DNA of 64,000 bases. Origin: the human T2T-CHM13v2.0 reference genome, Homo sapiens. The notes under the pieces are model-generated. The model saw only the letters and a list, made by a program, of their open reading frames with translations, did not search any database and had not been told where the DNA came from. The translations under genes were made by a program, and so were the position numbers. The stretch lies in assembly GCF_009914755.1 (NCBI RefSeq), contig NC_060940.1. The stretch is one strand, 5' to 3'. Below, in pieces: positions 30,761-51,310 of this stretch (positions within the stretch are counted from its first letter, which is position 1; each line of letters opens with the position of its first letter).

Positions 30761-31675
30761 TTAGTTCTGTATACTTTTCACATTCTCCTATTTTATTATC
30801 TTGCCTGTCTTGCCAGTGAAGTCAGTGACTTCCTCATGTTCCTATTTCTCAGAAGAGGCAGCACTGGATTCAGAACCCAGCCCTGAGCCGGGAGTTGTCC
30901 CATATGGCATTCTAACTGCCTGGCTTTGGGACAGTCTAATAGCCGTTCCACACTTCATTTTCCTCATCTGTAAAATGGGATCGTCGTGGTGCCTACCTGG
31001 CTGGGATCTTTGGAGATTAGGTGTGTGAGCGTGTGCAAGACGTCGAGTGCAGCTTCTGGCGGGCGGATAGTTGATGACAGTCGTGGAGCTGGCGTCCTCA
31101 GGCCGCCTCCCGAGTGCACTCCATCACTGTGCTGGGGGCTCCTTCTCCTCCCACTGTGCTCCAGTTTCCAGATTCCCTCCCCGCAGGGTGTTCCAGTTCC
31201 TTCGTTGGGTTCTCACAACAGTCCAGGCCTCTCTGAGCTGTGTCTCTGGGGGACCCTACTTAGGTCTCAGGTTCCTGTGAGTCAGGCATGGCCTCAGGGG
31301 GTGGGGCCCTTCCAGCCAGACACCCACAGCTCTGACATCATGGGGAAGGCCAGGTGCCCCCTCACATGTGGGACTAGAAGGAGACCCATGGGTTGTCATG
31401 CCCAGATCCAGCATGTCTTTTTGTTCTGGAGAGAAGAGGAGGCTGTTGGGGTCCTTCTGGAGGCTTTGTAAATCATGAATGCTTGTCGAGGCCATTTCCA
31501 GGCGCCTCAGCGGGGTCTTGCTGCAACAGGGACAAGGAAGGCAGGGGTTTTGGAATCAGAGGATGTGAATTTCGGGGTCTCCCCTGTGCTTCTCAGCTCC
31601 TGGGCAAATTGTTACCTTCTTTCGGCCTCAGTCTTATCAGTAAAATGGGAATAATAGCCCTCATTAACAGTGTTA

Positions 31676-32083
<408 letters not shown>

Positions 32084-32969
32084 TTATTTTTTAGTGTGAT
32101 ATGTGAAAGTGGGACACTGGTCTTTTTGCAAGTAGGAAGGCAGTTGTTTCTGCGCATTGGCACTCGAGCAATATGTTCCAAAACGGTTCAGAGTCAGAGC
32201 TCTAAAATGGCAGATTTGGGCTCTGAAATGGTCCCTGGGGAGCCTCAGTAGTGGATCTTGGAAATTTTTAAAAATATACTTGATGTGTGATTGAGAAACA
32301 AAAGTTTTACCAGTTGTTTAGAATTTTGGTTTCATTTGAATACATGGAATATCTAGCCCCAGTCAATTTTATAGATGATTTTAGTGTTTGTTGGCAGATG
32401 TGTTGACCCACATTTTACATACGGAGGAAACTGAGGCATAGGTTTGCCCTAGGAGGCTGAAAGCAGGACCCTGGATCCTCATTTCCAGTTCATCTGCTTC
32501 TCCGCTTCACTGGGGTGCTGTGATGTTGATGTGGGGGCACGTACATGGTTTAGTAAGGAAGCGTGGTCCCTTGGAGGAGAGGAGAGACATGAGGGTCATT
32601 GGGTGTGCTCAGGGAGGGTGGGTGTGGGGAGAGGGGCGTGCTGTTCCTCTGGGTAGAGGATTATAAAGGGCAAGTTGGCAATGATGTATCAATAGCTTAA
32701 AAATATGTGTGATCTCTGACTCAGCAGTTGAATTTTTAGGAACAAATAAAGATGTGTGCAAAGGTGTTTGTTCAAGGATAGTTATCCCTTCATTGTTTAT
32801 AGAAGCAAAAAAGCAAAAAAAACCCAAAAAACTGGAAACAACCTAAATGCGTAACAGTAGAGCAGCAGTGCATTCATACCAGAGAACCCCAGGTAGCTAC
32901 GAATTATACTGCCAAAGGTTATTTATCCATCTGAACAGATATCCCCTTAAATAGTGTAATACTAATGGT

Positions 32970-33200
32970 GATGACAGCTCACACGTATATGGCATTTGCT
33001 GTGCGCCAGACATAGTCTTAACCACATGCTATATGTTAACTCATCATCATAACAGCCCTAGGAGGTATGTGCTATCATTTCTTCTTTTTTACAAATAGGT
33101 AAACTGAGGCACAGATAGGTTAAGTAACTTGCCAAAGAGCACACAGATGGTGAGTGGCTGGCTGGAATTTAAACCAGAATGTCTTGACTCCAGAGTCCAA
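32970..33200 (-). mobile_element. MIR
   Basis: aaactgaggcacagataggttaagtaacttgccaaag...tgactccagagtcc. Confidence 0.8.
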
Positions 33201-33682
33201 CAGATGTTTCAAAACATATTTTTTGTTGGTTTGTGTTAGAAACATTTTCTTTCAGTGTCTAGATGAGCATTGGAAAATGAATAAAAGGGTATACACAACA
33301 CATTAACAGTGGCTTCTTCTGTTAACAGGATTGCATGTGGTTTTTACTTTCTTCTTTTTGGTCTTCTGTTTTTCTCACTTTTCTCAGTGAATGTGTCTTA
33401 TAAGAAATTCAAATTCTGTTTTTAAAAACAAAAAAATTCTCTTCTGAAGGCTAATTTTTTAAAAAAACTAAAAATTAATGCAAAGCACTAGATGCTGACA
33501 AAAACCAATCCTGTGGGAATTCTGAAGATGAGCTGGAGTCCAGTGGACAGAGAGGAAAAGGCCAGGAGGAGGAGTGGTTCAAGGTGGATGTGAAGTTGGC
33601 TTTCCTTGAAGTCTAAGGAGGAGGAACCAGCAAAGTGAAAAATAGAGGCAAAGGTGGAGCCATGGGAACCTTGGAAGGAGGC

Positions 33683-34575
<893 letters not shown>

Positions 34576-36199
34576 CAGGGGTGTGTGCAGATCACACTCA
34601 GGCCTCGGCCTGCACTGAGAACAGCACGGTGGGTTGGAGTCTGCCAGCCTCGTTCTGATCACTCTGGCTGTGTGACCTTGACCTGAGCCTGGCTTTGCCC
34701 CCAGGGTAGTTGCGGGATCAGCTGGGAGAGCACCATGACACTGTTATATAAACTGAAGAGCATCACACAAACCTAAGTGGGATGAGCACTTCCACCCAGC
34801 CTAGCATAAACCTGGTCTCACAGAGCCAGGAAAGCTGTCATCATACACCACCCCCTCCCTGCCTCTTAATCCTCAGTGCTTTAGCTTCCAAACCACAGGT
34901 GGAATGTATCGCCAGCCAGAGTGATCAGGTGTCTTAAGCCCCATAACAAATAACCCTGGGGACCTAGATGCTGCTTCAGTTCACCTGTTGGCGGGGGTGG
35001 TCGGGCAGGTGCTGTGTGCCTGCTGATAGGTCCCACCCTAGGCAGTGAGCTGGGGAAGGTGGGACCCCAGCCTCTTTGGAGGGGACAGAGGGAATATTTC
35101 TGGGATGTCTTCTCCCCAGAGTGTGTGAGTGTGTGTGTGTGAGAGAGAGCAGGGAGTGGAAGAGTCCCATAACCAACTCCAGGGTTTGCAGTCCCTAGGA
35201 TCATACCCTGTGCACCCCAAATTGTTTCCTGACAGCTCTAGGGGTGCCAGAAATGGCTTTTAACAATATTGGCCACTTGGTGTTCTGGAGGATAAATGTG
35301 CTGTTGGGGCCTGGGCTCTGGGATAGGGAGAGGGAAGCCAGCGGGCTCCCCTTTAAGTTTTTGGAAGAGCTCCCGCACCAGCCTTTGCCTCATCCATAAA
35401 GGAAGTGCACTCAGCCTACTGCTCCCAAAGCCCTTACCAGCTGCAGAGTATTCACTCTGTGCTTGGCCTATGTGGACGGAGCAGAGGAGCAGTTGTCAGA
35501 GATGACCCAGAGGTCCCTTGCAACCCACAACCCAAGGTGAGCACCCAGGAGGATGACCAGGGTGGCCTGGGGGTGCTTTTCCCCATCACAGCTTAGGGTC
35601 CATCTCTGAAAGTGCCTGGGTTGGGAAAGGCCGAATTACCCTGGAGTAGAGCATGGTGTTGCCATTCGAGTGTGGTGGGAAAGGCCTGCTGTCAAGCACG
35701 TAGGGCCCTCTGACCCCGCACTGGGGCCCGGCTGCCTGTGTGTGATTGCCAAAGGGAGAGGCGGGATGCTGGCTTCACCCGACCCCCTGGGACCATGCAG
35801 GAGAGAATAACTTAGAAGTTACGTTAGGTCTCTTGGGTGCAAGTGACAGAAACCGAACTCAGACTGATACAAAGAGAGGAAGATGGGGTGTCCCTGGCCA
35901 GCACAGTGGACACAGGGCCATCGGCCTCTGTCTCTCTCTCCCTCATTCCTACTAGTTTGGTTCTCTGGATTGGTTGAGCTCTAAGTCAGGCCCTTCCTCG
36001 CAAGGGCAGTGTGGTTGCTGGCTCACAGACCGTCCTCCTGAAAACCCCATTGCTGGGGAAGAGCTTCCCCTCTCCAAGGATTCCAGTAAAGGCCTTCGAG
36101 ACCGGGCCCAGGGCTCGGTCCACTTGGTTTCCAGGCCACCCAACCCCTCTGTCTCCTGCCTCAGTGGCTTCTCATTGGCTTTGCTGCTTTATCCTCATT

Positions 36200-37990
<1,791 letters not shown>

Positions 37991-38943
37991 TTAGGCCTGG
38001 GCCACTCCTGGGGTATGGACATTCGGGCCCAAACCACATGTACTGAGAATGGGGAAGGGAGGTTTCCCAAAAGGAAACCCAGTGCTGTTAGGAGAAAGGA
38101 CCTTGGTGTCAGGTGGGGACCAATGCAGGTAGCCCCTTCTGCAGACATTGCATTTGAGGCAGGAAAGCTCTGGGAGTTGCTTGGAACAGAGTCCCTCTCT
38201 GCCAGATGAATGTCATTCCTCAAATGCTAATAAATTAGGCATTTCAGAGAAGTAAGGGGCTTTCCGTGACAAAAATGCCCAGTAAGAAAGATGCCCCTCG
38301 GGCTCTCTCTTTACTGGAGACTGTATTGCAGACTCCTGTGCCAGAGAAGTTTCATTGACTCAGTTTACCTGTTTGAATCTTGCACAAAGATCCAGAATAT
38401 GTGTATCTGGGAAATTTGCCAGCTTGGGCAAAGATACACAGCTGAATTGAGTGAGGCACCCGTGTAAAAGAAATGCGAGAATTCGTGCCAAAAAGTGCCA
38501 GTTGCTTTTAACCTTTTAATGTAGGTCATGGTTACCCATGTCAGTATAATTATTGTGAGCTTGTGAGGTGTGGGTTAGGAGGGGCTGGCTCACTGGTTTA
38601 AACTGCCAGAAGAGAATGGCATCATGGATTATGCTGCCTGCTGGAGAGAGGAAGTTGCAGGTTTGCTCTAGCATTTCCCTGTTTTTCTCTGGGAAAGCCC
38701 CACCCTTTCCTTTTTCCTTGATTTCCTTTAGCACGATAGGGTGGGTCTCCAAGAAAAATATCCCAAGTTTAGATTAGCTTCAGCTGTGTGTAACAGAAAA
38801 CCCATGGTAATAATAAGTAAGATAAAAGTATTTTTTTCTCTCTCATAACCAGGATCTCAAAATAGAGGATTCCCAAATCATGGCTTCATGATTCTCAGGT
38901 ACCTTGACTCTTTATTTCTATATCACTACTATGCCACCTTTAG

Positions 38944-39351
<408 letters not shown>

Positions 39352-40229
39352 TAAGAACACTGCCTGAAAGTTACATGCTTCCATTTACCTCGCACTGGCA
39401 GAACATCACGTCATCATAAACAAATTTTATTCCCATCATCCACCTACTCATCTAAAATATGGGGATTATTATTAAGGAAGAAGGGGAGAACAGATATGGG
39501 GGGATAATTAGCAGTCTCTGCTGCAGTAGGACTCTTTCACTGGTTCCCTATAGAAGCTGCCTAAATGGAATGTGTTATTGGAATTCTAGTTCCATCTGGC
39601 CTTGCCCTTGGTCTTAGAATTAGAGGCCTGTTGTGTCTATTGTAATGTCCGTGCTTCACACCTGGAGCCATGTTGTGTAGAGAAGCAGAGTTTACACGTT
39701 GGTGCTGTACATCACCTTCTTACTTTATGAAAGCGCTGTGTTATGTCCTTTCTAAGATGCACCTTTTTTTTTCATACTTTAACATCTCTAAGATTGGGAT
39801 GCATCATACAGTCTCTGTTGGCAAGGGGGGCCTCATGCTGTTACTGCCATCACATGAACATCAGAATTTGCGAGTGGATGTCAGCAGCTCAGAAGGAAAT
39901 CCCAGAGATAGTAGTAGAGCATCCTTGATGCTGGAGAAGCCCAGGCTGTGTGGAATAGCACAGCATTAAAAACTCCATGATAGAGAGATTAAGAGACATT
40001 GGACTCGAAATGTGAAAAGGAATACCTTAAACAATTTATTTCAATTATATTTTCCTTTTTAAAAATTTACAAAAGTGATAGATGCTTTTTTAAAATCTGG
40101 ATCTAATATATTCTAAAAGAGTTCTTTCAGTAAGTACAAAAAAACCCCTGAATGACAGGAACTCATCATAAGGGTAGCAGTTCTGACACTACTTTATATG
40201 TATCCCAGGAATGAACAAATAAGCAAAAA

Positions 40230-41997
<1,768 letters not shown>

Positions 41998-42206
41998 GGG
42001 GGAAAGTATTATGTCTTCATTTAACTGGCAGTGGTTTTTTTTTCTTATTGATACATAAAAATTAGTGTCACTTGTAATCAGTGATATCTTAGATTTGATA
42101 AAATCTGGTGTATAGGATTAAAAAAAGAATCTCCCTTTTATACCCTTCTAAACCCATATCCTTCCTCAGAGAGAAGCATTGTTACAGTTTACCCTGAATC
42201 ATTTGA

Positions 42207-43200
<994 letters not shown>

Positions 43201-43318
43201 CCTAGAATGGGAGTGCTACTAAGTCTGTCCCCTTTAGGGGATTTCGGCAAACCTGGTGGGGAGACTGGAGACACAGGTAGGATTTGAGAGGAAGGAGGGA
43301 GCCCAGACCAACCTGTAG

Positions 43319-43691
<373 letters not shown>

Positions 43692-44052
43692 TCACTGACC
43701 TGGAAGCCTCTTGACAGCCAGCCCTGTCAAACAGCCTTGTACCAGAGTGGCCTCACCACCTTGGTGGTGTGCATTTGAATACTGCTTTATGCCTATAACT
43801 GACATTGGAACAGTGGCATTTGAGCAACAAAAATGTTTATCCTGTGCTTTCCTATGGCTTCTGTGGACAGGTCAGCCGTGGAGATTTCTGGCCTGTCCTC
43901 CATCCATTTTACCAGTTATTAAGCCTTTGTGTGTTTGGACTCTGATAGGGTTGGACAAATGAACAAGATCAGGTCGCTGTCCTCTGGGAGATGACAGTAG
44001 GGAGATTAAACCACTCATCCATGCATCAGTGGGTTAGCAAGATGATAGAGTC

Positions 44053-44500
44053 CCAGCCTGGCCAACATGGTGAAACCCCATTACTACTAAAAGTACAAAA
44101 ATTAGCTGGGCGTGGTGGCAGAAGCCTGTAATCCCAGCTATGTTGGGAGGCTGAGGCACAAGAATTACTTGAACTCAGAAGGCGGAGGTTGCAATGAGCT
44201 GAGATCGTGCCACTGCATTCCAGCCTGGGCGACAGAGTGAGACTCTGTCTTAAAAAAAAAAAAAAAAAGATGATAGAGTCCACACATGAGCATATGAGCT
44301 CCAGACCTGGACATCATGGGTTCAAATCCAGGTTCCATCACTTACCAGTCGTAATACCTTGGGCTGGTTATGTCACCTGTGTATGCCTCACTTCCTCAGC
44401 TACAAAATGAGGACAATAATAGTACCTACCTCCATGAGGAGTTAGGAGGACTAAATGAGCTTATACATGTAAAATGCCTGGAACATAGCATTCATTAATA
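44053..44500 (+). mobile_element. 5'-truncated Alu (44053-44268) followed by a MIR (~44280-44500)
   Basis: TSD aagatgatagagtcc; MIR gggttcaaatcc...aataatagtacctacctc. Confidence 0.9.
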
Positions 44501-45849
44501 TTAAGGATTGTTTTTCATATTGCTCCCATTGTAGGGATATGATGGGGAAAGGCACTCTAGGCAGAGGGAACAGCATGAAGAAAGGCATGTGCTTCCCATG
44601 GGGAGGATGCGCCTACTGAGTCAGCCCGGGTCTTTAGCCAGGAGTGCCAGAATCCAAATATGGCTGCCTAAGACAGTGGGAATGTGCTGGGGGTGCGTGC
44701 GTGTGTGTGTGCGCGCGCATGCAGGGTGGTGGTGTGGTTGGTGAGGGCATAGGGATTCACAGGCTCAACCCAAGGAAAAAGCAGAACTGGTCAAGTTCAA
44801 GTTTGACATAAATCAAGGAGCCATACCTAGATATGGAGCCTGGGCTGGAGAAATAATGTCCCTTGCATCCTCCTGTCCTGCCACCCACCCGGGGAGGCGG
44901 AATGCATGTAGGCGGGTGGAAGCATGCACTCTGGGTCCCCTCCTGGGTTGGCCACAGGAGGACTTGCACCAGTCAGTTGCTCCTTCCTGTGCCTCTTATT
45001 TCTCATCCGTGAACTGGGAATCCTGAGGGAAGATTGAGCCCCCATCCCTGCCCCACCCTCAGTGCTGTCCCAGGCCTAGGAGATCAGGATAAGGACAGGG
45101 AGAGAAATAAGAGGGTCCAGTTCCCTGGACAGTTCCAGACCCCCTATATAGTGCAGTTGGAAGGTGATTCCCCAATTTCCGGGGTCCCAGATTTCTGGGG
45201 CTTCTTTTCCAACCAGGCACTGGTGTAGCGTCGGGTAGGGTGGTGGCCCATGTATCACTGAGCACCAACTCTGATCCAAGCAGTAGGGATACACCAGGCC
45301 CACGGCGCCTGGGTGCAGAGGCCTGGACATGAGTCACATGCTCCCACTCGGCCACATCATTCCTTTTCCATGTTACGGACCCCTCCCCCAGGGTAGAGCT
45401 GGCTAGGCCTGGGTATGGCTCATTTCATTTGCCTGTGGCATTTCTCATAATAATGGGACCTTATAACTCAGGAGTGTGGCATACTCAAGGCAGTGTGGAC
45501 CGGACCTTGACCCTGACCTGTGGGTCCCCTTCACCCCTGTGGTTGAAGGAACACCAGCCATTCCACAGTTCTACCTCTTTTCTTGTTTGGCCTCTTCCTG
45601 TCCCGCAGGCCTGTTTCCTCTGTCTGGCTTCTCCTGAGCCCTCTAACTTCACTCCATTTAAGTCTTGCCCTCTTCTCTTTCAGTTCTAGCGTTTCTCACT
45701 GTGCAGCTGTGGGGGGTAGAGTGGGGAGTGATCCTTCATGTGTAGCACTGTCCCCACATCGCATGACCCTTCTCACCCGTGGTCCCTGGGCACTGAATGT
45801 AGGACCCCCAGTCACTGAGACCACCCAAATTCTCCGATGTATTTTCATT

Positions 45850-46328
45850 TTTTTTCTCCTCTTCTCTTCTCTTTTTCCTTCCTTCCTTCTCTCTTTTCTC
45901 TCTTTCCATCCCTCCCTTCCTTCCTCCCTCCCTTCCTTCCTCCCTCCCTCCTTTCCTTCCTCCCTCCCTCCCTCCCTTCCTTCCTCCCTCCCTTCCTTCT
46001 TTCCTTCCTTCCTTTTTTCCTTCCTTCTCTCTCTCTCTTTCTTTCTCTCTTTCTTTCTTTTGACAGAGTCTTGCTATGTCACCCAGTGGAGTGCAGCTCA
46101 CTGCAACCTCCACCTCCCGGGCTCAAGTAATTCTCCTGCCTCAGCCTCCCAAGTAGTTGGATTACAGGCACCCGCCATCACGTGAGCTCAGCTAATTTTT
46201 GAATTTTTAGTAGAGACAGGGTTTCGCCATGTTGGCCAGGCTGGTCTCGAACTCCTGGCTTCAAGTGATCCACCTGCCTTGGCCTCCCAAAGTGCTGGGA
46301 TTACAGGTGTGAGCCACCGTGCCCAGCC
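45850..46328 (-). mobile_element. Alu (46050-46328) with an expanded (CCTT/CCCT)n tail (45850-46050)
   Basis: ~200 bp near-pure pyrimidine tract; TSD tgtattttca. Confidence 0.9.
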
Positions 46329-47009
46329 CCCCAGTGTATTTTCAAACACCCCCACCATCTCCTACCACTGCTGAATTTGTTCTCCCGATTCAGCAATTGC
46401 TTTTTTCTGTAGGATGTATAACTACTACTGATCAATTTAAGCATTTATGGGATAGTTCCAGGAATGATCACAGTCATGGCTTCTATTTTTAACCCTAATA
46501 ATCAGAGGGTTCGCCTGGCCGGGGTCTCAGCATGGAATCACAGTTACAGAAGCATAGTGGGAGGGGCCTGCTGGCTGCATGGTGGGAGCTGAGTGCTCCT
46601 GTTTGCCTTTAAAAAAAAAAGAAGAAGGAGAAAAGGAGAAAAAACACAAATCAGCAACCAGAAGTAATTAAACTGAAATGCAATTCCTCTTAAGGAATCC
46701 ATGCCACTAACACAGCGCAGGAGCCCATTTCCACACTCCCCGGTGCTCTTTTGCCCTTGAGGGGCCTCTTACATGTCTCTGTCCCCCAGCCAAAGGGGCT
46801 GTTTCCTCTCCCTCATCCCCTGTACCATCCCTCCCCTATGTACATCAGCTTAGCCCCTCTGCGTGCAGCTATGAATCTATCCTCTAACAGAAACAAGAGG
46901 AAAAACACAAAAAACTCCAAAGTTATCTTAAATCGGCAGGGAAAGGCAAGGAACACACTGATCACCTATGTGATTTTTGTTCCATTCAAATATGTACAAA
47001 AATCTTTCA

Positions 47010-47632
<623 letters not shown>

Positions 47633-48089
47633 TTATTGTTTCTATTGTACCTCAGACTTCTCTGAGGTGGGCAACATGCTCTCATATTGCAAATAAGTGA
47701 GGCTTTGAGTGATTTGCTCAAAATAAAGCAAGCTGTTGAATGATAGAGGAGAAATGCCAGCCTGGTTGCAGTGGCTCCAGGCCTTACCCCTGAGAAGTAG
47801 AAGCATTTGGATTTATCCCAGGCCCATTTGGTGTGTACAGCTTCTGTCTGCCCAGGCCCAGGTCCCTGCACACGCGTCTCCTGGGAGAGCTCTTGTCTGC
47901 ACCAGGAGCTGGGCAGGGCGGCTCCTGTCCCTTTAGGGAATAAGAGATCAAGAAGTGGAAAAGCATGATGGAAGGGAAAGAGCCATTGCTGGCCACTTCA
48001 TAGACCCTGGCGTTCGCCCACCTCTGTGCTACTTAACTCCTTGGAGACCTTAGCCAGGCTTCATTAGTAGGACTCTCATTTTCTTATAA

Positions 48090-48425
<336 letters not shown>

Positions 48426-49079
48426 CATAACTTTCTTTAGAAGAAACTTCTCTGCCACCGTGCTGTGGAAATGTCTGCTCTGGCGTCTTTCTTGTGGAGC
48501 CCCACAACTCCAGCCAAGCCCTGGACTGTCTGTTTTTCATGGGCTGAGACATTCCCGGTTCTCTGGATGATGAGGTCTCTCTCTGCCCCCTTCCCCGCCA
48601 CCACCTCCGTCACAGGCCATCTGTCCCTGCACTGCCCACTCTCAGCCCTTTTAATAGCATGGGCCTTGGGGAGGATGGTGTCCAGGGTGGTTTCATAACA
48701 GGCCGGGGGAGGGGGGCTACAGGGATACCCCAGGGCTACTAAGGGGTTTAATTGAGATGGGTGTTCAGGAAGGCAGGTGGCTAAAATGTCCTGATGCGGA
48801 AGAGTTTTCCAAGGAGGGGACCCCTCTTTCAGCTCTCCCAGCCCCCACACCCTGGATGGATGGGTGAGTGTGCACACATCTGAAAGGATGGAAATGGGAG
48901 CGGGAGAGCCTTGAGGATGCCTTTCTAAAAATACAGCCCATCTGCATTGTGTTAGCTGGTTTCCTCGGAAACCACTGGGAGCCGGGACTCCAGCATGGCA
49001 CGTGCACAGGGACCCAGGCCTGCTTTTTCATTTATTGTAACAGGAATTTTCCCATTATATTAAATAATATTTTATTATT

Positions 49080-49840
49080 GACACACAGTTTATCTTGTAC
49101 CCTATTGATGGACATTTTCTTCCAATTTTTTTCTGTGTTATAAATGGCACTGTGGTAAGAATTCTTATAGATAAATTATTTGTTGCCATCTCTGGTTTCC
49201 TTAGGCAATTTCTCCACGGGAGAGGATTGCTGAGTCTGAGAGTATGAACCTTTTAAATAGTTTTAATTCATTTGTAAAACTGCCCTCCAGAAAGATATGT
49301 CCATTTATATACTTACAAGCCATATAAGAAGGTGCCTGTTTCAGTGCACCTTCGCTAGCGGTGTAAACTTTGCCAATGCCATTGGCAAAAAAAGAAAGAG
49401 CTATCCATTCATTCATTCATTTGAGACACGGTCTTGCTCTGTCACTCAGGCTGGAGTGCAGTGGTGCAATCATAGCTCCCTGTAGCCTTGAACTCCTGGT
49501 CTCAAGTGATCCTCCCACCTCAGCCTCCTGAGTAGCTGGGACCACAGGCTCTCACCACCACACCCAGCTACTTTATTTTTTTCGTAGAGATGGGGCCTTG
49601 CTATGTTGTCCAGGTTGGTCCTGAACCTCTGGGCTCAAGCACTCCTCCGGCCTCAGCCTCTCAAAATGCTGGGATTATAGGCATGAGCCACTGTGCCTGG
49701 CCAAAAAAAAAAAAAGTATCTTAATTTAAATTTCTTTGACTTCTAGTGAGCTTGAATATTTTTCCATGTATGTACTGGCCAATTTAAATTCTTTTATGAA
49801 TTTCTAGATTATGTCCTTGGCTAGTTTTTCTCTTGGTGCA
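49080..49840 (-). mobile_element. Old L1M fragment with an antisense Alu (49405-49702)
   Basis: cctattgatggacatttt, aaactgccctccagaaag, tttaaatttctttgacttctagtgagcttgaatattttt. Confidence 0.75.
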
Positions 49841-49941
49841 TTCTGACCTCTGCCATCCTGAAGTTGAGGGATGGTGGTGCCATTCCTAGAGGAATTGTGG
49901 GGTCCTGGGACCCTCTGTCTTCCTTCCCTCACCACTGGCTC

Positions 49942-49943
<2 letters not shown>

Positions 49944-49991
<48 letters not shown>
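49944..49991. repeat. (CA)n microsatellite, ~24 units
   Basis: Direct reading. Confidence 0.97.
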
Positions 49992-49993
<2 letters not shown>

Positions 49994-50478
49994 CTGCATG
50001 TATGACCCATTCTTCCTCTGAGGTTCAGAAACCCCTGGGGTTTCCCAGCAATTAGGGCCCGGGCCCACCCTCTGGCAGCTGAGCAGCCCCTGTGTATCAC
50101 CCCTCCCTGTTGGTGGCCTGAACTGAGACCTGCACCCCCTCTTTCAACATCACTCGGCCTGCCACACCACCAGGGCCTCTACTCCCACCCACCCCTCCCT
50201 GGCCCATCTTCACAGAGGCTTGTCCTGGGAGCCCTCTGGGGAGCTCTCAGCTCTGTTCCTCTCCAGTCTCTCTATCCTCCAGAACCCCACTGTCCCCTTC
50301 AGACACCAGAGGCCCTCGGCAGGGGACTTCTGTCTGCGTCTGACCCTGTGTTTGGCCTCCCTGCACGTGCCCTTCTGTTTCTCAATAAAGGCAGAATGTT
50401 GCATGTAATTGTTTTAGGAATCATGACGTTGCTTTTCTGTTTTATTTGGAAACGTTTTAATTTTTAAGAGCAAATAAT

Positions 50479-50778
50479 AGGCTGGGCATGGTGGCTCACA
50501 CCTGAAATCTCAACACTTTGGGAGACCAAGACGGGTGGATCACTTGAGGTCAGGAGTTTGAGACCAGGCTGACCACCATGGTGAAACCCCGTCTTTACTA
50601 AAAAACACAAAAATTAGCAAGGTGGTGGTGTGCACCTGTAATCCCAGCTACTTGGGAGGCTGAGGAAGGAGAATCACTTGAACTCAGGAGGCGAAGGTTG
50701 CAGCGAGCCAAGATTACGCCACTGCACTCCAGCCTGGGTGACAGAGTGAGACTCCGTGTAAAAAAAAAAAAAAGAAAA
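50479..50778 (+). mobile_element. Alu (S-like)
   Basis: Dimer. Confidence 0.95.
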
Positions 50779-50809
50779 ACGGAAAAACAAATACTATAAT
50801 GGTATCCCC

Positions 50810-51310
50810 CAAGCCAGACAGGCGGGTCTTGCAGACGGAGGCCTGGGGGCCCTAAGTGCCTGAGTGGGCTGCGCTTGGGGGCCAGGGGGACAGTGCATCT
50901 GGTTTCCGCGCTCCCGCCCCAGCCCCGACTTGCGCTGTCCTTCTCCGCCCGGGCGTCCCCGCCGCAGCAGGCCTCAACCTCGCCCTCCCTCCCTAGGCCT
51001 CCTGCTCCACGACGTGACCATGGCCGGGCTGCAGGAGCTGCGATTCCCTGAGGAGAAGCCGCTGCTCCGGGGCCAGGACGCCACCGAGCTGGTGAGTTGG
51101 AGTCGCGCCTTTGAGGTCTTAGGGCCGAGCGCGCCACCTCGTGGCCAAGAGGGAGACCGCGTGCCTTTCCTGCAGCCGACCCTCCCTAGGGCCAGCCACA
51201 CCGAGAAGCCCTGTCCCTGCCTGTGGGGGGAGTTCCGGCAGGCCTGAGTGCCACCCAGACCCAGCCAGCCTCACGGTGGCTTCAGCCGTCTTTGAGGCTA
51301 AAGGCGCCAC
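50810..51310. promoter_or_regulatory. Small intragenic CpG-rich region around exon 2
   Basis: Local CpG enrichment and GC boxes (CCCGCCCC, TCCGCCC) in an otherwise CpG-poor intron. Confidence 0.6.
50997..51091 (+). CDS. NDRG4: NDRG4 exon 2 (95 nt): (G)[31 protein letters not shown]; ATG 51020 starts the NDRG4-H type isoform
   Basis: Pyrimidine tract + CCCTAG| acceptor; CTG|GTGAGT donor; strong Kozak ACCATGG; peptide recognised as the NDRG-family N-terminus. Confidence 0.95.

Noticed and set aside
45583-46185. 200-aa Ser/Pro/Leu/Phe-rich ORF
   Set aside because: Translation of the (CCTT)n tract and an Alu.
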